A stretch of 64,000 bases of DNA, taken from positions 1,907 to 65,906 of IMG/VR virus record IMGVR_UViG_3300027857_000006. One strand, written 5' to 3'. The translations under genes and the position numbers were made by a program. Source of the DNA: a virus (taxonomy: Duplodnaviria > Caudoviricetes). Under the pieces are notes generated by a model. That model was not told the DNA's origin. It worked only from the letters and a program-made list of their open reading frames with translations, and searched no databases. Of this stretch, positions 26,977 through 37,003 are shown one piece after another (within the stretch, counting starts at the first letter, position 1; every line of letters begins with the position of its first letter).

Positions 26977-27755
26977 TAAGCGTAATTCTTCTCTAGAAAC
27001 GCCTTCATCTGATCCGCCGACAGAGAGCTGAACTGGTCGAGCATCGCCGCTGCCTGGTCGTCCTCGCTGTTCACCCGGCGCTTCACGCGGGGCGGTGTCG
27101 GAGTTCGCTGGGCGTAGACCGGCTCTTCCTCGCTGTCCACTTCCTGGCTCTGTCCACGGCCCGTGGACACGGGCAGTTCCAGGACACCCTGCTGCTTCGC
27201 GACCACGTACGCCAGGTTCATGGCATCCAGCGTCCACGGCAGGTTGTTCGAGGCGATCACGCTCTCCAGCGCCTTGTAGTTAGCCGGCGAGGCCACGTAG
27301 TCGTCCTTGTGCTGCGCTAGGAAGGCGTTGGCCGCCGCTTCCTGCTTCACCTGCGCCAGCTCGTTGGCAATGTTCTGGAACAGACCGACTACCATCGGGT
27401 CGTTCTGCCACACGTATCGCTGGGCTTCGCGCGGGTCCTTCAAGAACAGCTCGGCAAAGCGGTTCTTGTCGAACGAGTCGGTCGTGCTCGCTGCCGGCGC
27501 GACGGGCTGTTGAACCTGCTGGGCCTGCGCCTCTGCCTCGATCCGAAGACGCTCGATCTCCTCACGCTTCTGGGACTCGTACTGGTCGACCAGTCGCTGC
27601 GCCTCGACACCGTCTCGAACCGTGTAGGCGTTTCCGCCAAGGTTAAGCGTGAATCCCTGTTGTTCCTGGCGCTCTACCTGCTGTCCCGGCCGCGTCTCGG
27701 CCAGAGCCTTCAACTCGGCCAACTGCTGCTCAATCTGTTCCGGCGTAAGTGCCAT
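26976..27755 (-). CDS. Capsid scaffolding protein
   Basis: Helical, E/Q-rich, between portal and MCP; preceded by the late motif. Confidence 0.7.
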   Translation of the reverse strand: MALTPEQIEQQLAELKALAETRPGQQVERQEQQGFTLNLGGNAYTVRDGVEAQRLVDQYESQKREEIERLRIEAEAQAQQVQQPVAPAASTTDSFDKNRFAELFLKDPREAQRYVWQNDPMVVGLFQNIANELAQVKQEAAANAFLAQHKDDYVASPANYKALESVIASNNLPWTLDAMNLAYVVAKQQGVLELPVSTGRGQSQEVDSEEEPVYAQRTPTPPRVKRRVNSEDDQAAAMLDQFSSLSADQMKAFLEKNYA

Positions 27756-27775
27756 TCGTCCCGTCTCCCGTTCTA

Positions 27776-27790
27776 CGTTAGTAATTGTAG
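27776..27790 (-). promoter_or_regulatory. Putative late promoter CTACAATTACTAACG
   Basis: Copy of the conserved 15-mer. Confidence 0.7.
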
Positions 27791-27804
27791 TACATCCCCT
27801 AAGA

Positions 27805-28125
27805 CTACTGGTTCTGCTTAACAAACCGCTCGAACCAGACGTCAGCCGGTGACTTGCCGACCGGGTCGTCGTGTACCAGGGCCTGCGCGGCCAGCGCTTC
27901 CAGCTCGTCGGCCGCCGCCTCGGGCCGAGTGGCCAGAAACTCGCGGGTTGCTCTGAAGTACTGATACAGTCGTGTCCTGCGCAGTAAATCTTCGCTTGCA
28001 GCCGTCTTGCTGATGGCCTCCAGCAGGTCGAACTCGTGCTCCCTGAAAAGCTCGATCAGGATCTTAAACCCGGGTTCACCGGCTAGTTTTGCCAGTAGCT
28101 CCTTGTCGCGGTCGTTCAACTGCAC
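27805..28125 (-). CDS. Small helical head-region protein
   Basis: Usual position just after the portal; PGFKIL motif. Confidence 0.65.
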   Translation of the reverse strand: MQLNDRDKELLAKLAGEPGFKILIELFREHEFDLLEAISKTAASEDLLRRTRLYQYFRATREFLATRPEAAADELEALAAQALVHDDPVGKSPADVWFERFVKQNQ

Positions 28126-30135
28126 CTACGAGCCCCCTCCCAGTAGCGAAGCCACGCCGCTGCCAGGCTGAGTTCCTTGTGGCGCGGTTGCCGGTGCTGC
28201 TACACCGGCTGGAGCGAGTCCAAGAGACGCGTCCACACCACCAACAAGCTTGAGGATCTCGATAGCCTGGTCGCCTTCCTTGGCCGAAGCCGCAATGGCC
28301 GCGCTGTCCTTCTTGGCCTGGGCTTCGAGCTGTGCGATGCGCTCTCGCTCCTGCGACTGTTGCTGCATCGTCTGCGCCTTGAGCTGCGCGTCTGGGGAAG
28401 GTTGTCCCTGTCCCTGCTTCTCCTGGTCGTTCATCGGACGAATCAGGTTGTAAGCTCGCCTGGTTCCCGTGGCATCCTGGATCATCCGGAAGAACTCGTT
28501 GAAGTCGATGGTCTGACCGCCCTTGGCCAGTTGTCCTAGGAAGGCACCGTTCATCAGGTACTGAGACAGGAAGGGTGCTAGGGACTGCAAGCGCGACTGG
28601 GTAAGCATCCGCGAGGACGCCTTGACCCGGAACTTCACCGGACTTCTCAAGGCACCCGGGTTGACCGAGGTAACTCCACCCGTGGGACTTAAACCGGCCA
28701 TGGAGCCGGACGCCGACGCGTGGTACGAGTCCATGGCGATCATCTTGGAAAGCATCGGGACGATCATGTAGTCCTCGATCAGCTCCACGATGGCCTGCAA
28801 GCGTGTCGTCGGACCGGCGGTCTGGGCCTGGATGCCGGTAGCGGTACGAGACGCGTTTGACCGGATCGGCATACCCTGGCTGATCATGTTAGTGACACCA
28901 GTACGCTTCTCGCTAGAGGACTCTAGCCACTGTAGCTCCTGCCAGCCGTCCTTCGTCACGCCGTTCGGCGGGAAGAAGATCATGTCCTCCTTCGGCTTTT
29001 CTACCTCCCAGATTTGACCGGGACGCATGATACTGCTTCCCTGGGCCATGCTGGCCGAACGGGACCTGGCTCGCGGCGGATTTAACATCAGCGACAGTTC
29101 GTCGAGGTGCCCGTTGAGGATCGCCTGAGCGTACTTCTGGTTCCCCTCTAGGGCGTCAGGTATGCCCATCCCGTAAAATCGACCCGGCATAATATAGCAC
29201 GGTGCACCGCAGTAGGTAATAAATCCGTACGGGTTTAGCTCGTTGTAGGCCACCCAGCGACGCTGGATCGTCCAGATGATCCGCGACCGGCTATAGTAAC
29301 GCATCACCTCCAGCAGCTTGTTCGGTCCAATGTCGGTGCTGTCGTCGTATCCTGGCCGCCAGATCACGTTCCGGTAGGCTTCCTGGTTCTGCTTCGTCAG
29401 GTCCGCCGTGTCGGCCGGCCGCTGGTCGGCCATCGACCGAAGAACCTCCCTCGGCGGTAGCTTGATCCCAGGCGATCCCCGTAGCGACTCCAGCTCGTCC
29501 AGCGACATAAAGTCACGGTGGATCACCGAGCGGCTGTCGTCCGTCAGCGGCGTCGGGCACCCGGGGTCCAGGTAGATGTCGCGCGTGTCCACCCAGGACA
29601 CCGTGGGTTGCCCGGTGTCGCCATCGTGTTCGACATTGACAAATCCGTTCCCGTAGAGTAGCGTCTGTATAACCGCAAGCCGGATCTCGTTCCGCGCCGT
29701 GTTTCCGTAACGGTCGTGAGGTGTCTCCAGCAGGTACATCAGACGTTCTTTCTGCTGCCTGGCCTCGTCAACCGTGGTCCCCTGAACCGGGTCGCACTCG
29801 AACCACTCGTCGTCCGCGAAGAGTGCGTTCATGATCACCGGGTAGGCGCTTTCGACCTGATCGAAGCTGATCGGCACCCCCAGGGACGACCTGGCAACGC
29901 GAGAACCCTCCCAGAAACGCTGCGGCATCCAGCCGACAAAGAGGGCGTCGTCCGTGTTCCAGCGCAGGTCGTGGTTCCGGTAGCGCCAGACGCGGTAGCG
30001 TTCGTAGTCGCTGTTAACCCGTGCCAGGGCGATGCTGTCGTTGATCGTTTGTAGGCTGAAGCGGTCGCTGGACCGATCCAATAGGTTGGCCTCTGGGACC
30101 CCCCCCACTTCGCCGGTATGATTAAACTCTGGCAG
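28126..30135 (-). CDS. Portal protein
   Basis: LLYGNGF, IYLDP, PGRFYGMGI, RTATGI motifs; start uncertain (CTG 30135 after GGAG, or a nearby GTG), because the track start overlaps another gene. Confidence 0.88.
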   Translation of the reverse strand: MPEFNHTGEVGGVPEANLLDRSSDRFSLQTINDSIALARVNSDYERYRVWRYRNHDLRWNTDDALFVGWMPQRFWEGSRVARSSLGVPISFDQVESAYPVIMNALFADDEWFECDPVQGTTVDEARQQKERLMYLLETPHDRYGNTARNEIRLAVIQTLLYGNGFVNVEHDGDTGQPTVSWVDTRDIYLDPGCPTPLTDDSRSVIHRDFMSLDELESLRGSPGIKLPPREVLRSMADQRPADTADLTKQNQEAYRNVIWRPGYDDSTDIGPNKLLEVMRYYSRSRIIWTIQRRWVAYNELNPYGFITYCGAPCYIMPGRFYGMGIPDALEGNQKYAQAILNGHLDELSLMLNPPRARSRSASMAQGSSIMRPGQIWEVEKPKEDMIFFPPNGVTKDGWQELQWLESSSEKRTGVTNMISQGMPIRSNASRTATGIQAQTAGPTTRLQAIVELIEDYMIVPMLSKMIAMDSYHASASGSMAGLSPTGGVTSVNPGALRSPVKFRVKASSRMLTQSRLQSLAPFLSQYLMNGAFLGQLAKGGQTIDFNEFFRMIQDATGTRRAYNLIRPMNDQEKQGQGQPSPDAQLKAQTMQQQSQERERIAQLEAQAKKDSAAIAASAKEGDQAIEILKLVGGVDASLGLAPAGVAAPATAPQGTQPGSGVASLLGGGS

Positions 30136-30148
30136 TGTTTTAGCTCCG

Positions 30149-30325
30149 TTACTGCTTGAAGGTAAAGGACTCGATAGGAGTCTGGCGAAGCAGGTTGACG
30201 ACGCCCACAAGGGCACCAGCCCCAACGGTCTTCAGGTTCACCTGGCCGCTAACGTACGAGGTCACGGCACCAGACACGGCTGCCGTCAGTAGCGAGTTTA
30301 AAAGCTTTTTCCAGTCGAAGCTCAT
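30149..30325 (-). CDS. Putative holin (58 aa, two hydrophobic segments; absent from the ORF track)
   Basis: MSFDWKKLLNSLLTAAVSGAVTSY...VGAGALVGVVNLLRQTP; GGGAG RBS and late motif upstream. Confidence 0.6.
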   Translation of the reverse strand: MSFDWKKLLNSLLTAAVSGAVTSYVSGQVNLKTVGAGALVGVVNLLRQTPIESFTFKQ

Positions 30326-30341
30326 GGCGTTTGACTCCCGT

Positions 30342-30356
30342 CGCTAGTAATTGTAG
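30342..30356 (-). promoter_or_regulatory. Putative late promoter CTACAATTACTAGCG
   Basis: Copy of the conserved 15-mer. Confidence 0.7.
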
Positions 30357-30379
30357 GCTACATGTGCTAGGCTGTCGGT

Positions 30380-30640
30380 ATGCTTCCAAAACTTTCCGTT
30401 ATCGACGAAAACCACCACCTGGAGAACGGTCAATGGGTTTCCGTACTGATTGAGGTCGAGGTAGTGTCCCTACACTTCGCCAGAAATACCATGCGTGTCA
30501 GATCGGTCGATAAAATCTCGTACGACGGCGTCTGTAAGCCAGAAATCCACTCGTTTGACATGCCGAGCGACCTCTTTTGGGAGACGTACAATTTCATCCG
30601 ATACCCGAAAGACTACCCTATAGCCCCCCAGTTGCGTTAA
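30380..30640 (+). CDS. Counter-oriented hypothetical protein (moron-like)
   Basis: TGcTAGGCT extended -10 six nt before the ATG; more AT-rich than neighbours. Confidence 0.6.
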   Translation: MLPKLSVIDENHHLENGQWVSVLIEVEVVSLHFARNTMRVRSVDKISYDGVCKPEIHSFDMPSDLFWETYNFIRYPKDYPIAPQLR

Positions 30641-32405
30641 AGAAGTCCGTCCAGCCGTTGACTGACTGGTCGTGGGCACTGGCGTAGGCTCCTTCACCGT
30701 TCACCTTGTCGGCCTGAGCCTTCTCCATCAATTTCTTCAGTCGAGCACGGACCTCGGCGTCGTTGTCCGCCTGGCTGTATCCAGTCTGCTCCCCGTGCTG
30801 AGGTCGAGCAACCTCGCGCCCGAGCCAGGTCTTGCCGACGAACTGGTCGGCCAGGGCGTCCACCAGGTCGTCCGTGTTTCCCTTGGGGAAGTGCGACAGC
30901 TCAACCTTGAAGTGTTCTAGGCACGACAGGCCGCCGCCCTTGCCCTCGGCCACGGGGCCGGCAAAATAGATCTCACCACGCTTGTACCATGGCTGTAGCG
31001 TCTGCGCTATACGCTCCTCCTTGGACTTCTGGTTGTCGGGGGTGATGAAGGCAAACGGCAGGTAGACCCCGTTCATGTCCTCGTAGCGCCGTATCGAGGT
31101 CTTTAACCCCCTAACGTAGCCGGTCTCTTCAATACGGATTGAGCGAGGACGCCACACTCGGTACACGTCAAAGATCTGGCTGATCAGTTCGTCCGGCAGG
31201 TACTTACCGTGCCGTGCGTCGACCACGTAGCAACGTCCCTTGGCGTCCCAACCACAGGTTAGAACAACCGAGTAGTCGCTTGAACGCTTCTGGGTCTCGG
31301 CCGTGTCGACTGAAGTCGTGTAGTAGGCCATAGGAACCTTTCTAAGGTCCTCGGGCGTCTTGGTCCGAAAGAGCGTCAAGGGGAAGTACTGCTGCTCACT
31401 GCTTACCGGGTTATTCAATTGCTGACAAGAGAACACCTCTCCGTCGTCCTGCTGCATCAACCGTAGCTCGTGTACTGGGAACTTGGCCGGGAACCAGGAG
31501 ACCTTGTTGCCCTTTTCGTCAAGTAGATCGTCTAGTTCGCGTTCCTCGGGAAGGAAAGTGTAACGTCCGTCCTTGACTTTCTTCTTGTAGACGCCGCGTA
31601 CGTGAATCGACCACTGGCGGTCCTCGACTGCCGACCGGCGATGCTTGTCGATGATGTCGGTGTACAAGTCAGCCTGGTGCCAGCAGGTTCCCTCGACGTC
31701 AATCCAGGACGTGGGTTTAACCAGGATGTTCTTGAACGTGTTGAAGTTGTAGATAATCTTCCGACACTGCTCCTTCGTCGCCGTATTGGTCCCGTCTACC
31801 ACGTCGGTGAACTTGATGACGTCGCAGTGCATTCCGGCCACCGACGATTCCATCGAGGCGACGGCGACCGTGCTCTCCTTGCGCTGCTTTCGCTCCCGGT
31901 TTGGTACCGTGAACTTGGTGCGGTTGCCGGCGTCCTTCTCGCGGAAGCAGTACTCGGGGTAGAGATCCCGTAGCACCCGTCCATAGACAAAGTGGCTCTT
32001 TAGCTCGCTTAGCATCTCCTCGGCCGTCTCCTGGCGCGCGTGGACCACAAGGATCGCAACGTCCGGGTAGTTAAGTATCCACTGGACCGTGTGAGCGATC
32101 ACGTTCAAGGTTGTCTTGTAGAACCCGCGCGGGTCAAGGATGAGGCGACGTCGTCCCTCAGGAAGGCTGTCCATCGGAACCCACGGCTTCAGGTACTTGA
32201 TCTCGGTAGGTCCGACAAAGTCGTACTGGTGACGTAAGTGAGGCGGTGGGGCAGTGAAGTGCTGTAGCTTATCGGCCAGTGGTCCGTGGACCTCTTGGTC
32301 AACGTCCTTGTAGCCAAGAACGTGCTTGGCTAGCCACAGAAGGTCCGTTCGACCTCGCCAGCGAGCCTCGGCAAGCTTGTCTAGTTGTACGTCTCGCAAC
32401 ACCAC
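30618..32405 (-). CDS. terL: Terminase large subunit
   Basis: PRGFYKTT Walker A, G.HCDVI.FTDVV, GTCWH..DLY, VDTA...SDYS, DDLVDALA nuclease motifs. Confidence 0.92.
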   Translation of the reverse strand: MVLRDVQLDKLAEARWRGRTDLLWLAKHVLGYKDVDQEVHGPLADKLQHFTAPPPHLRHQYDFVGPTEIKYLKPWVPMDSLPEGRRRLILDPRGFYKTTLNVIAHTVQWILNYPDVAILVVHARQETAEEMLSELKSHFVYGRVLRDLYPEYCFREKDAGNRTKFTVPNRERKQRKESTVAVASMESSVAGMHCDVIKFTDVVDGTNTATKEQCRKIIYNFNTFKNILVKPTSWIDVEGTCWHQADLYTDIIDKHRRSAVEDRQWSIHVRGVYKKKVKDGRYTFLPEERELDDLLDEKGNKVSWFPAKFPVHELRLMQQDDGEVFSCQQLNNPVSSEQQYFPLTLFRTKTPEDLRKVPMAYYTTSVDTAETQKRSSDYSVVLTCGWDAKGRCYVVDARHGKYLPDELISQIFDVYRVWRPRSIRIEETGYVRGLKTSIRRYEDMNGVYLPFAFITPDNQKSKEERIAQTLQPWYKRGEIYFAGPVAEGKGGGLSCLEHFKVELSHFPKGNTDDLVDALADQFVGKTWLGREVARPQHGEQTGYSQADNDAEVRARLKKLMEKAQADKVNGEGAYASAHDQSVNGWTDFFNATGGL

Positions 32406-32461
32406 CCCTCACTCCCGGTAGGTCAAACTGGACCCCAAAGATTTCTTCGTAAAGGTCCTCT

Positions 32462-32725
32462 TCAAAGTCGCTTAGGGTCACTGTATTCATGCCGTAGCTC
32501 CAGCAGTGCTTCCACCGTGCGCTCCCGTAGTAGCTTAATCTCCTGCGTAGCCTCCCAGGCCGGCCGACTACCGTTGTTGTAGTGATCAACCAGCAGTAGC
32601 CCTTCGGCCCGTGAGGACGCCGCCAGCCAGTTCTCCAGAAGCAGTGCTACCGATCCAGCAGCCGCTTCAGGTCGCGTAGCGACAGCCAGCGCGTCAGCCG
32701 GCCCGTACCGTTGCAATGTTGACAA
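32462..32725 (-). CDS. Hypothetical protein upstream of terL
   Basis: GGAGG before TTG; alternative overlapping frames exist. Confidence 0.4.
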   Translation of the reverse strand: MSTLQRYGPADALAVATRPEAAAGSVALLLENWLAASSRAEGLLLVDHYNNGSRPAWEATQEIKLLRERTVEALLELRHEYSDPKRL

Positions 32726-32758
32726 GTGACCTCCTGACGAGCCCAGCCGCTCTGGCCG

Positions 32759-33469
32759 CTAACTGTGGCTGGCGTGCAGTCCGGTGTCGGACCCGGCGTT
32801 GAGCCGGGTGCTACAGTGACGTACGATGTAGACGGCTGGTTCAAGTTTCCCCTCCGAGGCCATGTTCACCGGCGTCATCGACCAGAGTCGTCCGGTCCCC
32901 GTCGGCCGGAAGCACCACACCGATCCGGGACGCCCAGCCTCGTACTCGCGCGACATGTCGGCGGTGTCGACGTCCATGAAGGGCGAGAGGCCACCTTTCA
33001 CCCAAGCCATAAGTAAACGAACTACGCGGTGGTGCGTAAGGATACCAAGCTTTAGCTTCTTGTTGGCGTTCCACTCGGCCATCTGCTTCCCGATGTAGGG
33101 CAGCGCCCGCCACCTGAAGTCGTCAAAGGACTCGCCGCGCTTGCCGCTTAGCGGAGACTTACCTGGCGGCGCTACGTCCGGAAGGTACTTGATAAAGGCA
33201 GCGAGCTTTGGCTGCGCCTCGACCGTAGGCTCCCCCTCAAGGTCCCCTAGCGACCAAGATAGGATGTCGTGTGACGGCGTCTCAAGATCGGTAGACGGGT
33301 TGGCTTTAACAAGGTAGTCGGCTGTCTCCTTGGCCCTCTTGGCCGTTGAAAGGTAGAGACAGCTTAGACCGCCCTTGCGCGCAAAGTCCTCGCCAATCTG
33401 ACGAGCTTCACCACGCCCTTTAGGCGTTAGCGGTCCATCGGCTTGTCCTCTAACGGTAGCTTCGGTCAT
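32759..33469 (-). CDS. Histidine phosphatase superfamily protein, circularly permuted
   Basis: G..D.PLT..G, S...RA.ETA, GES, LTH motifs in normal order, but YIVRH(C)ST..N lies at the C-terminus. Confidence 0.75.
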   Translation of the reverse strand: MTEATVRGQADGPLTPKGRGEARQIGEDFARKGGLSCLYLSTAKRAKETADYLVKANPSTDLETPSHDILSWSLGDLEGEPTVEAQPKLAAFIKYLPDVAPPGKSPLSGKRGESFDDFRWRALPYIGKQMAEWNANKKLKLGILTHHRVVRLLMAWVKGGLSPFMDVDTADMSREYEAGRPGSVWCFRPTGTGRLWSMTPVNMASEGKLEPAVYIVRHCSTRLNAGSDTGLHASHS

Positions 33470-33493
33470 GCTAGTTGCAGGTGCAGGAACCGT

Positions 33494-35074
33494 CTAGTTA
33501 ATCACCTGGAAGTTGACGCACATCGGGTTTGCGGTCAGCGCGACGTCCACGCCAATCGTAAAACTGGTGCCCGCCGAGCGTGCCGTGACACGCGGAGGTC
33601 CTACGATCAGCAGGCTTTGCGTGTTGCAAGTCACTCCGAGCTTCGCACCAAGACCCTGGTCTTCAGTTACCATGATCTCGCTGTTGGCACCCACGGCCGT
33701 CGTATTCACTACCAGCGTGGTTCCACCGGAGGCGATAGCCACCGATCCAACGATAGTTGCCGCGCAGACGGCCGGCGAGGCTGAACTGGTACAGCCCGCC
33801 CCGCCAATGTTGGCGGCGTGAATTGACGCCAAGCCACCTGTCCCGCCGAAGTACACGTCCGTCACCGAGGAGTTCCCGATCACACCGGTGTTACTAGCGT
33901 TGACGGTCGCGTTGTATCCGATGGCAATGGCGTTCTGCACCTGGGTAGCAGAACCAATGCCGGTGCAAGGACCGAGTAGCGTTGTCTGCGCAACCGTGTT
34001 TACGTCGTTGGCTGCGTTCGCACAAGGGTTCGTCCCGGCATATCCACCGGCCACACCCGCGCCCGCCCAGGCCCCGGCGAATAGGTTGGAACCGCCAGTC
34101 GTCATGTTGGTTCCGGCCGCGAAGCCTAGGCCGGTGTTATCGTTGGCCCCGCCGCCACTGCCGACGTTAAGGAAGGAGGTTGCGCCGACGAACGTTGACC
34201 GTGAGTATGTGGAGTTTGCCCGTCCGGTGTGTCCGCCGAGACAGGTATTGAAGTGCCCAGTCAACAATCCGCCGCAGGCGACAACACCAACAGCGGTATT
34301 TTGTCCGTCCGTCGGGTCATTGGTTCCAGGGTAGGACCCAAGTGCGCCAGCCCCGAATGCGCTGTTGTACTGCGATGTCGCCAGAGGGCTGAATACGCCG
34401 AGTGCGCCCGCCCCGAAGGCTGTCATAAAGTTTCCCACTGGCGCTAAGGTGGACTTCGCCATGTTAAGCGCTCCAACGCTGCCAAACACGGTAGTGTTCT
34501 TGCCGATGAACCCAACGGGAGTCGCGCCCTGATAGATCAGGTTGCTCGTGGTATTCTCGATCCCCCAGATCGGGCCGGTTGAAAACGGCGCGGCGGTATT
34601 GTCCGTGTAGGTGGTCGCCGTATTGTTGGCGATTGTGGTTCCTGCCGTCAGTCGGTAGTAGAAATTGGTCAGGCCGGTCGCGGCATAGATGTTGCGACCG
34701 ATCACCCGGTTGTCGGTGCTCACCGGCACGTTGGTGATGTTCACGACGTTGCTGGATGCGCCGACGATTACAATTCCGTCGCAAGATTGGGAGCCGGTTC
34801 CAGTGTAGGGTCCGAGGTTGGTCTCGCCCTGCGAGGTCACGAAGGTGACGCAGTAGTACCGCGTCCCGGTGACGTTGCCCGCCCCACCTAGCGCCGTGGT
34901 GACGCCAGTTGAAGGGGCGGCTACCTGGTTAAAGGTTATGTTTTGGTTGACGCCGAGCGGCCCCAGGAAGTTGGCCGTGCCGTTGGTGACGGTCTGTCCC
35001 TTCGCCGCAGTGGCGAGGACTGTGGCGTAGATCGCGGCTTTGATGGCGTTGTGGTAGATTCGTGAGTTTGTCAT
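33494..35074 (-). CDS. Tail fibre-like protein with N-terminal signal peptide
   Basis: YYCVTFVT..GET, N.A.G..AL repeats, YadA-like NAIAIG.NA.V segment. Confidence 0.7.
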   Translation of the reverse strand: MTNSRIYHNAIKAAIYATVLATAAKGQTVTNGTANFLGPLGVNQNITFNQVAAPSTGVTTALGGAGNVTGTRYYCVTFVTSQGETNLGPYTGTGSQSCDGIVIVGASSNVVNITNVPVSTDNRVIGRNIYAATGLTNFYYRLTAGTTIANNTATTYTDNTAAPFSTGPIWGIENTTSNLIYQGATPVGFIGKNTTVFGSVGALNMAKSTLAPVGNFMTAFGAGALGVFSPLATSQYNSAFGAGALGSYPGTNDPTDGQNTAVGVVACGGLLTGHFNTCLGGHTGRANSTYSRSTFVGATSFLNVGSGGGANDNTGLGFAAGTNMTTGGSNLFAGAWAGAGVAGGYAGTNPCANAANDVNTVAQTTLLGPCTGIGSATQVQNAIAIGYNATVNASNTGVIGNSSVTDVYFGGTGGLASIHAANIGGAGCTSSASPAVCAATIVGSVAIASGGTTLVVNTTAVGANSEIMVTEDQGLGAKLGVTCNTQSLLIVGPPRVTARSAGTSFTIGVDVALTANPMCVNFQVIN

Positions 35075-35418
35075 TTCACCAATTCTCCGTTAGGGTGTAT
35101 GTCTCCACCGGCACTCAGGGAGTGAAGGGCGTCCTCAATCAGATTTTTCATAGCTGCCTGATCCTCTTTGTCCATCTTGAACCGAAGAAACTTCCCATTT
35201 CCCAGCGCCAAAATAAATAAGTGGTTGGCCGAGGCAACATCCGCCCCAGCATCTTTACCGATAAAAATGTTGCCGTTGCCGTGTACGAGGTCTCTACCGG
35301 CATTCAATCCGATGAGGATGCAGTTGGTTACGTCCATGTGCCTGTTGGGGGCCTGCGGCATCAATGGAAATGTGGCCAGTAATAGAGCAAATAGCAGGCA
35401 CAATCGTTTGACCTTCAT
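35071..35418 (-). CDS. Signal-peptide protein with IG..AG fibre repeats
   Basis: Hydrophobic leader; NCILIGLNAG...NIFIGKDAG. Confidence 0.55.
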   Translation of the reverse strand: MKVKRLCLLFALLLATFPLMPQAPNRHMDVTNCILIGLNAGRDLVHGNGNIFIGKDAGADVASANHLFILALGNGKFLRFKMDKEDQAAMKNLIEDALHSLSAGGDIHPNGELVK

Positions 35419-36173
35419 CTCAAATCCTCCCCTTGAATCATCATGATTGAAGGCTGGCCAACGGGAGCCGCCTTGAAACTCACAATCTTCGCCGCCCGAT
35501 CAGAGCCCAAGCTGAGGTTGGAGGTCTGCGTTCCAGAAGAAGCTACCCACCCAGTCACCCCGCTCATAAATCCGCCGCCAGAGATGGAGTCTAGTTGGGT
35601 AAATGGGCTATTTGTCGTTGCCGCACCGGTTTGGTTTCCGCCCGCAGTGAGAACTAGATATCCATTCGTTGCGGGACTAGTAAGGCTCACGGTCAGGGTT
35701 CCAGAACCAGTGCCGTGCGCCTCAGCCTGTTGGTCCAGCGGATCGCTGGTAGTGAGGGTTCCGGTAGCGGCTGCTATTTCCATTGCGGCGAAGGAACTTG
35801 TGCAGGCCAAAGTTACGGAATGAGACGCCCCGGTCACCAGTGCGCCGCCGCCTGTCTTGGCGTAGGCGTAGAAGGTTAGGAGTCTTGTATTGCCGCCACT
35901 TGGAGCATTGGTCGCTAAGGTCAATTGGTTCCAGGCGTTTGCGTTGGACGTGGCCCCGACTGTATCACTAATGGTGCAGGCGGTGGCTTGGAAGGATGTC
36001 ACAGCGACAAACAGCATGGATGCGCCAACGGTTGACGCGCCATAGGTAGCCGTCCCGCCATTAGCTCCCATAGCCGGTGTGGTCGCCCCGCCGATCCCGG
36101 TGTGGTTGGTCTGAACGCCGACGGATGCAAAGAGTGTGGCGCAGATCAGGAAGATTCCAAGTCGCCGAGTCAT
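35415..36173 (-). CDS. Signal-peptide, beta-rich structural protein
   Basis: MTRRLGIFLICATLFA leader; T/G/A-rich. Confidence 0.6.
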   Translation of the reverse strand: MTRRLGIFLICATLFASVGVQTNHTGIGGATTPAMGANGGTATYGASTVGASMLFVAVTSFQATACTISDTVGATSNANAWNQLTLATNAPSGGNTRLLTFYAYAKTGGGALVTGASHSVTLACTSSFAAMEIAAATGTLTTSDPLDQQAEAHGTGSGTLTVSLTSPATNGYLVLTAGGNQTGAATTNSPFTQLDSISGGGFMSGVTGWVASSGTQTSNLSLGSDRAAKIVSFKAAPVGQPSIMMIQGEDLR

Positions 36174-36994
36174 TGCCTTTTGATCCTCACAAAGTACTGA
36201 CTAGCCCCGCTGATCGTCAACGGTGTGAAATCTAGAGAGCCGTTGTTAGCCTGCGTCGGTGTGCCGCTCAGAGTGCAGGCGCTATACGTGCCGTTTCCAC
36301 ACGTGCAGGTCGCCCCACTCAGAATGGACGAGCCGCCCGTCGTTGCGGCGTTGAGCGCAAAACTGGCAACGTTTGCCTTGCACTCGACGCTAGAGATGGT
36401 AATGGTGGCACCGGTCAGGTTAGAGCAGATCCCTAGTTCCGTGTTGTCCGTAGCCAGAGTCACCGAGTTGGTCCCGACGCTTCCTACACCGAACTCGCAC
36501 GGCTGAACGGCTTGCGGTCCGGTTGCCCCGACAGGTCCCTGTAGACCTACTCCACCCGAAGTTACGATCACCCGGCCGGCCTGCGGCGCAGCAAAGGTCG
36601 CTACGATCTGGAATGTCACGGGATCTACGGTGTAGGGAACGTTAAGCTGGTTGGCTGGACTAGCGTTGTCGTAGAAGGCCACAAAGAGCGAGGTCGTTGC
36701 AAACCCGTGGGTCGCTTCCGGAATCGTCAGCGTCAAAGGGCTAGTGACGTTGAAGGTAGCGTTGTAGGACGAAGAGATCGAAGCCGCTATAATTTGACCC
36801 GACGAGTTAGTCCCAACGAAGCTAGCCGAAATAGGAACTGAAGCACCGTTGATAGTTGTTGCGTTGGTCCCGGTAGAGAAGTAGTCAAGCTGACCCGTGA
36901 ACGGGTTGAAGGTCCAGGCGCTATTCAACGTCGAGCTTAAAAGAAGGGCCATCGAGACGATGGCCACGCCGGTCCAAAGTGTTCTTGATCGCAA
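36170..36994 (-). CDS. Signal-peptide fibre-like protein with short collagen repeat
   Basis: FNPFTGQLDY motif; GLQGPVGATGPQ. Confidence 0.65.
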   Translation of the reverse strand: MRSRTLWTGVAIVSMALLLSSTLNSAWTFNPFTGQLDYFSTGTNATTINGASVPISASFVGTNSSGQIIAASISSSYNATFNVTSPLTLTIPEATHGFATTSLFVAFYDNASPANQLNVPYTVDPVTFQIVATFAAPQAGRVIVTSGGVGLQGPVGATGPQAVQPCEFGVGSVGTNSVTLATDNTELGICSNLTGATITISSVECKANVASFALNAATTGGSSILSGATCTCGNGTYSACTLSGTPTQANNGSLDFTPLTISGASQYFVRIKRQ

Positions 36995-37003
36995 GCTAGG
37001 CTC

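Noticed and set aside
30136-30225. Portal start at 30225 as given by the ORF track
   Set aside because: It overlaps the better-supported holin-like gene 30149-30325; an RBS favours a start near 30135.
32647-32844. CxxCxGxG Zn-finger ORF overlapping the phosphatase end
   Set aside because: Only half a finger and no good start codon; the competing frame 32462-32725 has a GGAGG RBS. Unresolved.
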